Below are positions 8,913 to 16,429 of a DNA stretch of 64,000 nucleotides, piece after piece. Under the pieces are notes generated by a model. It was not told where the DNA came from, made no database searches, and was given only the letters and a program-made list of their open reading frames with translations. The translations under genes were made by a program, and so were the position numbers. Every line of letters starts with the position of its first letter. Position 1 is the first letter of the stretch. The DNA is from Bacteroidales bacterium (GTDB taxonomy: Bacteria; Bacteroidota; Bacteroidia; Bacteroidales; FEN-979), in the NCBI GenBank assembly GCA_963682005.1, contig OY820914.1, positions 4,505,706 to 4,569,705 on the forward strand. Reading direction: 5' to 3'.

Positions 8913-9602
8913 ATGATATTGAGCTATTCCGATAAAGAAAAATTATTGAACCACCTTACCGGGTTCATTTCTGCAAACAAACAATCAAAATTCAGGCAGA
9001 TCATTGAAGAAAGAACCAGGCATGTGACGATCATCCTTGAAGATATTTATCAGTCTCACAATGCCAGTGCGGTTCTCAGGACCTGTGACTGTTTTGGGAT
9101 CCAGGACATTCATATCATTGAAAACATGAATAAATACGAGGTAAATCCGGATATTGCCCTTGGATCATCCAAATGGATCGACCTCTACAGGTACAATAAA
9201 TCAGATGACAACACTGCGCTCTGTATAGAGTTGCTCAAGTCGAACGGGTACAAAATATATGCAACAACACCGCACAAGAATGACTATACCCCGGAATCAC
9301 TTCCCCTTGATTCCAAAATTGCACTGGTCTTCGGGACGGAACTTGCAGGTTTGTCAGATACAGCTATGGGTATGGCAGACGGTTTTGTCAGGATCCCCAT
9401 GTACGGTTTCACGGAAAGTTTCAACATTTCAGTCTCAGCAGCCCTGATCCTCAGGACAATGGTGGAACGGCTAAGATTATCGCCCATCAACTGGCATTTG
9501 ACTGATGAAGAGAAAATGGATGTCCTGCTCAGATGGACCAAAACAGTTATAAAACGCGCGGACCTGATCGAAAAAGAATTTCTGAAAAAAATTAGCAGGT
9601 AA
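8913..9602 (+). CDS. trmH: SpoU-family tRNA/rRNA 2'-O-methyltransferase (TrmH-like)
   Basis: VTIILEDIYQSHNASAVLRTCDCFGIQDIHII, ALVFGTELAGLS, IPMYGFTESFNISVSAALIL (trefoil-knot motifs). Confidence 0.8.
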   Translation: MILSYSDKEKLLNHLTGFISANKQSKFRQIIEERTRHVTIILEDIYQSHNASAVLRTCDCFGIQDIHIIENMNKYEVNPDIALGSSKWIDLYRYNKSDDNTALCIELLKSNGYKIYATTPHKNDYTPESLPLDSKIALVFGTELAGLSDTAMGMADGFVRIPMYGFTESFNISVSAALILRTMVERLRLSPINWHLTDEEKMDVLLRWTKTVIKRADLIEKEFLKKISR

Positions 9603-9630
9603 TCTATTAGGGATATATGGTCAAAATTAT

Positions 9631-9638
9631 TACATTTG
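9631..9638 (+). promoter_or_regulatory. -7 promoter box for the bTHX gene
   Basis: TACATTTG, 34 nt upstream of ATG 9672. It lies inside the TTG-started ORF 9636..10028 given by the track, which favours the ATG start. Confidence 0.4.
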
Positions 9639-9671
9639 CGGGACAATCAATCAACTTTATACATTTTATCT

Positions 9672-10028
9672 ATGGGAAAAGGTGATAAAAAAACCAAGCG
9701 CGGTAAAATAGTTATCGGTTCACACGGGATCAGAAGACCACACAGAAAAGTAAAAAAAGTTGTGGTCAAAGCCAAACCAGAGCCAAAACCAAAGAAAAAG
9801 GTTGAAGAACCATTGGTATTACCCATTGAAGTTCAGGAGCCTGTGACTATTCCGGTTGAGGTTGTCGAGGAAATACCTGCAAAAAAACCGGTTAAAAAAG
9901 CATCCCCGAAAAAAACAGTAGAAAAGGAGGAATCATCTGAAACAGATGAAGTAAAGCCTAAAGCTCCGAAAACAAAAAAGAAAGCTGCTGAATCCCCGGA
10001 AGGGCATGAAGAGCCAAAAGAAAGTTAA
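9672..10028 (+). CDS. 30S ribosomal protein bTHX homologue with a long Lys/Pro/Glu-rich C-terminal extension
   Basis: MGKGDKKTKRGKIVIGSHGIRRPHRK matches the short bTHX signature. It is followed by about 90 aa of low-complexity KPEPKPKKKVEEP...KKPVKKASPKK...KPKAPKTKKKAAE. Confidence 0.6.
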   Translation: MGKGDKKTKRGKIVIGSHGIRRPHRKVKKVVVKAKPEPKPKKKVEEPLVLPIEVQEPVTIPVEVVEEIPAKKPVKKASPKKTVEKEESSETDEVKPKAPKTKKKAAESPEGHEEPKES

Positions 10029-10055
10029 CGAATGTTCACCCCTGTTTCGTAAAGA

Positions 10056-10096
10056 AACCGTCTGACCCGTCCCGGGCTATAACAGACGGTTTTTTA
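10056..10096 (+). terminator. Rho-independent terminator after the bTHX gene
   Basis: AACCGTCTG...(18-nt loop)...CAGACGGTT followed by TTTTT. Confidence 0.6.
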
Positions 10097-10101
10097 TTTA
10101 C

Positions 10102-10722
10102 ATGGACACAATAAGGCAATACTTCCCTGACCTGACCCCTTTGCAGGATCTCCGGCTTACAAAGCTGGATGAACTTTACCGTTCCTGGAACGGGAAGATC
10201 AATGTAATTTCCCGGAAAGATATTGATCATCTCTACCTCCATCACATACTTTTCTCACTTGGAATTGCAAAATATATTTCCTTCACTCCGGGGACGAGGA
10301 TCCTGGATGCAGGGACCGGCGGTGGATTTCCGGGAATCCCTCTCGCCATCCTTTTTCCCGGAACAAATTTCACCCTGGTCGATTCAATTGCAAAAAAAAT
10401 CAAGGTCGTTGACGGAATTGTTTCAGAGCTTGGCCTTGAAAACGTGAACTCTGTATGGGATCGGTATGAGAATGTGAAAGAAAAATTTGACTTTGTGACA
10501 GGACGTGCTGTTACGGCCCTCCCTTTATTTGTCAGTATTCTGATGAAAAAGATTTCGCCTGAATGCAGGAACGACTTGCAGAACGGGATACTATACCTGA
10601 AAGGGGGTGATTACCAGGAAGAATTAAATTCCATTAACAGCCGGTTCACCATCTATGATCTCAGCAGTCAGTTCAGCGATCCCTTTTTTGAAACAAAAAA
10701 ACTTGTTCATATATATAAATGA
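10102..10722 (+). CDS. rsmG: 16S rRNA (guanine527-N7)-methyltransferase RsmG
   Basis: NVISRKDIDHLYLHHILFSL, ILDAGTGGGFPGIPLAILFP, FDFVTGRAV. Length 206 aa. Confidence 0.85.
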   Translation: MDTIRQYFPDLTPLQDLRLTKLDELYRSWNGKINVISRKDIDHLYLHHILFSLGIAKYISFTPGTRILDAGTGGGFPGIPLAILFPGTNFTLVDSIAKKIKVVDGIVSELGLENVNSVWDRYENVKEKFDFVTGRAVTALPLFVSILMKKISPECRNDLQNGILYLKGGDYQEELNSINSRFTIYDLSSQFSDPFFETKKLVHIYK

Positions 10723-10751
10723 TATCCTACCTGACATTCATTACATCATCG

Positions 10752-10787
10752 AAGAAGTTTTCGATGAACGTTGAAAACTTCTTTTGT
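10752..10787 (+). terminator. Rho-independent terminator after rsmG
   Basis: Perfect 11-bp stem AAGAAGTTTTC / GAAAACTTCTT with a 10-nt loop, followed by TT. Confidence 0.55.
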
Positions 10788-10857
10788 CAGATTGGAGGAA
10801 ATTTCATTAATTAGCTGAAAATTTTTAACATTCAATAAACTCAAAAAGGAGGAATTT

Positions 10858-12948
10858 ATGGCCGAACACAAGAAGTATGTTCCCTTTGTCTCTTCCGAGA
10901 CAAATATGAAGGAATTTACTGTCCGGGCCCTGATCATTGGTTTGTTCTTCGCGGTTATTCTCGGAGCGGCAAATGCATATCTCGGGCTCAAGGCAGGTAT
11001 GACCATTGCTGCGACATATCCCGCAGCAGTTTTAGGGATGGCAATTCTCAAGATGGTGAAGGGATCCATCCTGGAGGAAAATTTTGCTCGTACCGTCGGG
11101 TCCATCGGTGAATCTGTCGCTGCAGGAGCCATCTTTACTTTACCTGCATTTTTTGTTTCGGGGATATGGCCGGAATTTTATACTACCGGTCATTACATCA
11201 CTTCTTCCCTGATCCTCATTGCCGGTGGTATTCTCGGTATTATGTTCGTTGCTTTGCTTCGCCGTGTTATGGTTGAAGATGCTGAACTGCCTTTCCCTGA
11301 ATCTGTGGCTGCTTCTGAGATCCATAAAGCGGGTCAATCCGGTGCGGGTGGTTCTAAGTTCCTTTTCTGGTCAATGGCTCTCGGCGGACTGATTAAACTT
11401 CTTGGTGAACTCAGGCTTTTTGAATACCTGTGGGAAAAATTTGTCTATTTCGGAAAAATGACCATCACCGGTACCATTTTCAAAGGCCAGGGCGGTATGC
11501 TCCTCAGCTCACCGGGAGTAAGCCCGGCCTACATGGGTGTCGGATATATCATAGGCCCGAAGCTCGGAGCCCTGAACTTCAGCGGTGGAATCCTTGCGTG
11601 GGGATTGCTTGCACCGATGATCATGTATTTCCTTCTTCCAAGTGTTGACCTTACGGAATGGGCCAACTTCCTGATGAGTCACGATGCAACGCTCACGACA
11701 GATGCCGCAATGGCAAAAGTTTCCGACCCTGTTTACCAGATCGGTCAGATCTGGAAATATATCATCCGCCCGATCGCCATCGGAGGGATGCTTGTCAGTG
11801 CCGCTTTTACACTCTTCAAGATGAGAAAAAGTCTTACGGCTGGTATAGCACGATCTGTGGGCGATGTTAAAAAAGCTGCTTCCGGAATTGATCAACAGGT
11901 TCCGCGAAATGAAAAAGACATCAGTTTTGCATGGATCATGGTTGGTATCGGTGCTGTCGCTCTCTTGACGTTCTGCATTACCTATTTTATTTTCGAAACA
12001 AATATCCTGATCGCAGTCGTTGCATCAACGGTCATGATCATCCTTGCATTCTTCTTTGCCTCCGTATCCGGTTACCTTGTCGGGATCATGGGTTCCAGCA
12101 ATAACCCCATCAGCGGTCTAACATTGACTGCCCTGGTAGTTACAGCATTGATCCTTGTTGCCCTGGGTGTCCAGGGAAATGCCGGGGTTGCAACTGTCCT
12201 GGGTGTCGCAGCCATCGTTTGCGTTTCCGCTGCGGTGGCTGGCGAAATGCTTCAGGACCTGAAAGCAGGACACATCCTGGGTGGTACTCCGTGGAGAATG
12301 CAGGTGGGTGATATCCTCGGCGTTATCCTCGCCGGTGCTGTCATGTTCGTTGTTCTCGCTTACCTCAATGATGGTGATATCGCCAACGGGAAAAACCTGG
12401 CGTCCCAGGGAATGGGTTACCAGGGCGGTTTCGGCAGCAAGAATCTTTCTGCTCCACAAGCCAGTCTGATGGCCATTTTGTCACGAGGCATCGTCCAGGG
12501 ACAAATGTCATGGCCGCTCATCATCGCCGGTATGCTCATGGGTGTCGCTTTTATCCTTATGCAGGTCAGGAGCCCGATGCTTGTCAGCGTCGGTATGTAC
12601 CTTCCCATTGAAACGACTTTTGCCATTTTTGTTGGTGGACTGATCCGTGGGGTTGTTGATATCTATACAGAAAAGAGACAGCATAATCCTGCACAGAAAA
12701 TAAGGGTTGAGAATACAGGGGTCCTGCTTGCATCTGGTCTGATCGCCGGAGAAGCATTGATGGGTCTTGTCATTGCGATCCTGGCCGTTATGAACATCTT
12801 CCTGTACGATTATTTCGTGTTCTTCCAGACTCCGACATTCTACATAAGCTTTATCATCCTTGCAATCATCGCTTATGTGCTGATCCAGATACCGCTAAAG
12901 AATGCCGGTAAACCTGATGATCCTGCACCACCGGCATCAGGGATGTAA
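10858..12948 (+). CDS. OPT-family oligopeptide transporter
   Basis: A 696-aa polytopic membrane protein. The N-terminus EFTVRALIIGLFFAVILGAANAYLGLKAGMTIAATYPAAV is typical of bacterial OPT proteins. AGGAGG lies 5 nt before the ATG. Confidence 0.8.
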   Translation: MAEHKKYVPFVSSETNMKEFTVRALIIGLFFAVILGAANAYLGLKAGMTIAATYPAAVLGMAILKMVKGSILEENFARTVGSIGESVAAGAIFTLPAFFVSGIWPEFYTTGHYITSSLILIAGGILGIMFVALLRRVMVEDAELPFPESVAASEIHKAGQSGAGGSKFLFWSMALGGLIKLLGELRLFEYLWEKFVYFGKMTITGTIFKGQGGMLLSSPGVSPAYMGVGYIIGPKLGALNFSGGILAWGLLAPMIMYFLLPSVDLTEWANFLMSHDATLTTDAAMAKVSDPVYQIGQIWKYIIRPIAIGGMLVSAAFTLFKMRKSLTAGIARSVGDVKKAASGIDQQVPRNEKDISFAWIMVGIGAVALLTFCITYFIFETNILIAVVASTVMIILAFFFASVSGYLVGIMGSSNNPISGLTLTALVVTALILVALGVQGNAGVATVLGVAAIVCVSAAVAGEMLQDLKAGHILGGTPWRMQVGDILGVILAGAVMFVVLAYLNDGDIANGKNLASQGMGYQGGFGSKNLSAPQASLMAILSRGIVQGQMSWPLIIAGMLMGVAFILMQVRSPMLVSVGMYLPIETTFAIFVGGLIRGVVDIYTEKRQHNPAQKIRVENTGVLLASGLIAGEALMGLVIAILAVMNIFLYDYFVFFQTPTFYISFIILAIIAYVLIQIPLKNAGKPDDPAPPASGM

Positions 12949-12971
12949 CCAGCAAGCCAATAACGTTTAGC

Positions 12972-13002
12972 AAGGGCAAGACAACGTCTTGCCCTTCTTT
13001 TT
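12972..13002 (+). terminator. Rho-independent terminator after the OPT gene
   Basis: AAGGGCAAGAC-aac-GTCTTGCCCTT followed by CTTTTT. Confidence 0.75.
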
Positions 13003-13013
13003 ATCCAAAGACC

Positions 13014-13394
13014 ATGAACTTCTTTCAACGCAGAAAGATCTTAAAGAAAGCCAACTACCTTGACCTTACACCGGTCAGGATCATGGAGCATGAGATCAGG
13101 GAAGATGGAAAGGTGAATATCCTGTTACCGAGGTTTAAGAATAAATTCAGCAGTGCCCTGTTCCAGCCTGCCCGGAAAGCCAGGGAGATTGCAATAAAAC
13201 TCGATGGCCCTGGTTCAGCCATCTGGCTTATGATTGACGGTGTTATAAGTGTCCACCGGATATGTGAAAACATGAATGATCTCCATCCGGATAAAATGCA
13301 ACCACCGGAGGAAACGGAGAAACGCATTACACAATTCCTTTCACTCCTTTACCAGCAGCGATATATTACGTTCCGCGAGATCATGGATACATGA
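13014..13394 (+). CDS. PqqD-like (RiPP-recognition-element-like) small protein
   Basis: The pattern LLPRFKNK...IKLDGPGSAIWLMIDGVISVHRICENM...EETEKRITQFLSLLYQQRYITF follows the PqqD-family layout. This is a by-eye assignment only. Confidence 0.5.
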   Translation: MNFFQRRKILKKANYLDLTPVRIMEHEIREDGKVNILLPRFKNKFSSALFQPARKAREIAIKLDGPGSAIWLMIDGVISVHRICENMNDLHPDKMQPPEETEKRITQFLSLLYQQRYITFREIMDT

Positions 13395-13423
13395 AAGAAT
13401 TTGTAATATCTGTTAAAACATTT

Positions 13424-13431
13424 TAACTTTG
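13424..13431 (+). promoter_or_regulatory. -7 promoter box (with TTG at 13401-13403 as a possible -33), candidate pepD promoter
   Basis: TAACTTTG at 13424-13431, with a TTG 20 nt upstream. No other TAnnTTTG occurs between here and the pepD ATG (13731). It overlaps the palindrome GTTAAAAcaTTTTAAC. Confidence 0.4.
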
Positions 13432-13444
13432 TGGGCGTTATGTA

Positions 13445-13588
13445 GTCAGAAGGTCAGAAGGTCAGAAGGTCAGAAGGTCAGAAGGTCAGAAGGTCAGAAG
13501 GTCAGAAGGTCAGAAGGTCAGAAGGTCAGAAGGTCAGAAGGTCAGAAGGTCAGAAGGTCAGAAGGTCAGAAGGTCAGAAGGTCAAAAG
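13445..13588. repeat. Octanucleotide microsatellite: 17 perfect GTCAGAAG units plus one degenerate unit (GTCAAAAG)
   Basis: Counted directly. The perfect units span 13445-13580 (136 nt) and the degenerate unit spans 13581-13588. The array is intergenic, between the PqqD-like gene and pepD. Confidence 0.97.
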
Positions 13589-13730
13589 GTCACAGTGTAA
13601 CAAAGTGAGAAAATTAATGAATCGTGAAAGAATAAGATTAAGAATCAAATTACATCAAACCGACAAAAGCCTGATTCAATAAATCAATTAATCAACAAAT
13701 CAATTAATCAATAAATAAAAGGAGACAGCC

Positions 13731-15191
13731 ATGAGTAAAGATATCCTGAATCTTGAACCAAAAGCATTATGGAAAAATTTCTATAGTCTGACCCAGATCC
13801 CGCGTCCTTCAAAATATGAAGCATTATGCCGGGAGTTTGTCGTAAAATTCGGCCATGACCTTGGCCTTGAAACGATCGTGGATGAAGTCGGAAATGTGAT
13901 CATCCGCAAACCAGCCACACCAGGCATGGAAAACAGGAAGGGGATCGTACTCCAGGGACATCTTGATATGGTTCCGCAAAAGAACAGCGATAAGGTGCAT
14001 GATTTTGAGAAGGACCCGATCGACGCCTATGTTGACGGCGAATGGGTAAAAGCCAAAGGGACAACCCTTGGTGCAGATAATGGAATGGGAGTAGCCGCTG
14101 CCATGGCCGTCCTGGAATCGAAAGACCTCCAGCATGGCCCGGTTGAAGCACTTTTCACCATTGACGAAGAAACCGGCATGACAGGCGCTTTTGGCCTGAA
14201 AGGCGGCCTTCTCAAAGGGGATATCCTGATGAACCTTGATTCAGAAGATGAAGGAGAACTCTATATCGGATGTGCCGGCGGCACAAATGCAAACGTAACA
14301 TTCAAATATGAAGAGGTTCCGGTTCCTGCCGGTGTAACAGCCTTTAAGATCAGCGTTACGGGCCTTAAAGGTGGCCACAGTGGTGTTGACATCCACCTCG
14401 GAAGAGGAAACTCCAATAAAGTCCTGAACCGTTTTCTGTGGCATTCATTCAGCAAGCATGGTTTACAGCTGGCATCTATCGACGGAGGAAGTCTGCGCAA
14501 TGCAATCCCGCGTGAATCCTTTGCGGTGGTTACTGTTCCGACCGAAAAGAAAAATGAATTCCTGAAGGGCCTTGCCGATTTTGCTCTGATCGTGAAAAAG
14601 GAGCTCTCTGCGGTTGAACCCGATATGAAGTGTGACGCAACCCCCGTTGATCTGCCAAAATTCCTGATCGATCCCAAAACATCGAAGAACCTTTTCAATG
14701 CCATTTATGGGTGCCCGAACGGTGTGATCCGGATGAGCAATGAGATGCCGGGACTGGTTGAGACATCCACAAATCTCGCCATTGTCAAATCAGATAATAA
14801 GGAGATCATCATCCGCTGTCTGCTCCGGAGTTCCGTTGATTCCGCAAAGCAGGATCTCGAACAGATGATGAAAAGTGTGTTTGAACTGGCAGGTGCAACA
14901 ATTATTTTTGATGGTCAATACCCCGGATGGAAACCGAACCCGGCCTCCCCTATCCTGAAGGCCATGCAGGAAATCTATGAAAAGAAATACGGGAATGTGC
15001 CTGAAATAAAAGCAATCCATGCAGGACTCGAATGCGGTCTCCTCGGTGGTGTTTATCCGAACTGGGACATGATCTCATTCGGTCCGACCATCCGCTACCC
15101 CCATTCACCGGATGAAAAAGTGAATGTTGCAACTGTTCAGAAATTCTGGGATTTCCTGGTGGAGACCCTAAAATATGTTCCTGCAAAATAA
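13731..15191 (+). CDS. pepD: Aminoacyl-histidine (Xaa-His) dipeptidase PepD, M20 family
   Basis: LEPKALWKNFYSLTQIPRPS, LQGHLDMVPQKN, TTLGADNGMGVA, FTIDEETGMTGA. Length 486 aa. AAGGAG lies 6 nt before the ATG. Confidence 0.85.
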   Translation: MSKDILNLEPKALWKNFYSLTQIPRPSKYEALCREFVVKFGHDLGLETIVDEVGNVIIRKPATPGMENRKGIVLQGHLDMVPQKNSDKVHDFEKDPIDAYVDGEWVKAKGTTLGADNGMGVAAAMAVLESKDLQHGPVEALFTIDEETGMTGAFGLKGGLLKGDILMNLDSEDEGELYIGCAGGTNANVTFKYEEVPVPAGVTAFKISVTGLKGGHSGVDIHLGRGNSNKVLNRFLWHSFSKHGLQLASIDGGSLRNAIPRESFAVVTVPTEKKNEFLKGLADFALIVKKELSAVEPDMKCDATPVDLPKFLIDPKTSKNLFNAIYGCPNGVIRMSNEMPGLVETSTNLAIVKSDNKEIIIRCLLRSSVDSAKQDLEQMMKSVFELAGATIIFDGQYPGWKPNPASPILKAMQEIYEKKYGNVPEIKAIHAGLECGLLGGVYPNWDMISFGPTIRYPHSPDEKVNVATVQKFWDFLVETLKYVPAK

Positions 15192-15240
15192 GGGTTAAGA
15201 CAAAACCCGGATAAATCGTTTTTCGAAGCCCTGAAAAAGC

Positions 15241-15282
15241 AAAGGCGCTAAAAACACTGATACTGTTTTTAGCGCCTTTTTT
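15241..15282. terminator. Bidirectional terminator between convergent pepD and the methyltransferase gene
   Basis: AAAGGCGCTAAAAACA-ctgatac-TGTTTTTAGCGCCTTT followed by TTT. Confidence 0.75.
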
Positions 15283-15318
15283 ACTTAGGTGTGAATTTGG
15301 CATTTACCCCGGACTCTA

Positions 15319-16041
15319 TTACTCGACTTCAAAAGCGCAGAAATAATAGTTATTGGCTGCTCCGATCAGTTTGACTTTCCGGTAATAACTCTCAGTGAAA
15401 TTCGTAAAAGCAAGGAATTCGTGCGTCGGCACGTTGAACTGGTCAAAGAAAATAATGTCACCTTTTTTTAGGAATGGAGCAAGGGAAGTCAGTACATAAA
15501 GGGTCGATGTATAAAGATCGGCATCCATCATGAGGACAACGCGTCTGTCATTTCGAAAATTCTTCAGGAATTCCGGCAATGTATCCTGGAAAAGCCCTTT
15601 CTGAAAAAAAGCCCTGGGGTCATTAGTTTCAGGAACCGCGGATTTATTGGACATGGCACCTTTTGTAAACCCGCCCCAATCCTCCGGTAATCCTTCGAAT
15701 GTATCAAACCCGGTGAACCTGGAATCCGGGTTTGTGTTATGCTTCAGCCACCAGTTGAAGGACTCCCCGCCAAACACCCCGAACTCAAGGTAGGATATCG
15801 GCTCATCGAGTCTTTTCTCCCCGATCACAAATTCATAAAGCTTATAACGCTTTGCATAATCCCACCTGGGCGAATAGAAATCGTTAAAACGAATGTCCCT
15901 GTTTTTGGAAACCCATTTCGAAACCTTTGAAAGATAAGCAAGATTGAGGAGTATCCCGCTGAAAGGCTCAACAAGATGATGGATCCTGAACCGGATAAGG
16001 TTCCACTTTGTCTTTCTGATAAGGTTCATTTTAAAGCTCAT
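15319..16041 (-). CDS. TylF/MycF-like class I O-methyltransferase
   Basis: YLEFGVFGGESFNWW, GFDTFEGLPEDW, VVLMMDADLYTSTLYVLTSL. This is the macrocin-O-methyltransferase family pattern. Confidence 0.65.
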   Translation of the reverse strand: MSFKMNLIRKTKWNLIRFRIHHLVEPFSGILLNLAYLSKVSKWVSKNRDIRFNDFYSPRWDYAKRYKLYEFVIGEKRLDEPISYLEFGVFGGESFNWWLKHNTNPDSRFTGFDTFEGLPEDWGGFTKGAMSNKSAVPETNDPRAFFQKGLFQDTLPEFLKNFRNDRRVVLMMDADLYTSTLYVLTSLAPFLKKGDIIFFDQFNVPTHEFLAFTNFTESYYRKVKLIGAANNYYFCAFEVE

Positions 16042-16125
16042 GTGCCCAGGATTTATTCTTACTGCGGCAAATGTATAAATTTTAAAAAGATGATCAGGTT
16101 TTTTTGGTCTTTTCGAAAATAGTTG

Positions 16126-16133
16126 TATTTTTG
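16126..16133 (+). promoter_or_regulatory. -7 promoter box for rpmH
   Basis: TATTTTTG, 21 nt upstream of ATG 16154. Confidence 0.4.
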
Positions 16134-16153
16134 CACTCCCAAATTGAATAACG

Positions 16154-16315
16154 ATGACAAAGAGAACTTTTCAGCCATCCAACAGGAAAAGAAAGAACAA
16201 GCACGGGTTTCGTGAAAGAATGGCATCTGCCAACGGGCGTAAGGTCCTTGCTTCAAGAAGAGCTAAAGGCAGAAAAAAGCTGACCGTATCAGATGAAAAT
16301 TTAGGTATGAAATAA
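16154..16315 (+). CDS. rpmH: 50S ribosomal protein L34
   Basis: Translated by hand: [53 protein letters not shown] (53 aa). It is below the length cut-off of the ORF track. Confidence 0.9.
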   Translation: MTKRTFQPSNRKRKNKHGFRERMASANGRKVLASRRAKGRKKLTVSDENLGMK

Positions 16316-16356
16316 TTTTCTACCCCTGTTTTAAAATTATTTATAATTTTAGGATA

Positions 16357-16395
16357 TAAAAAGAAGGTAAATATTCGTTTATCTTCTTTTTTTAT
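16357..16395 (+). terminator. Probable terminator after rpmH
   Basis: AAAAAAGAAG...CTTCTTTTTT stem with inner TAAA/TTTA pairing, followed by a T-run. Confidence 0.5.
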
Positions 16396-16429
16396 TTTAT
16401 AAATTGAGGTTAATCTGAAATCATTATTT

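Noticed and set aside
13445-13588. Possible CRISPR array, because of the many identical direct repeats.
   Set aside because: The units are only 8 nt long and directly abut one another with no spacers. There are no cas genes in the window. It is a microsatellite, not a CRISPR array.
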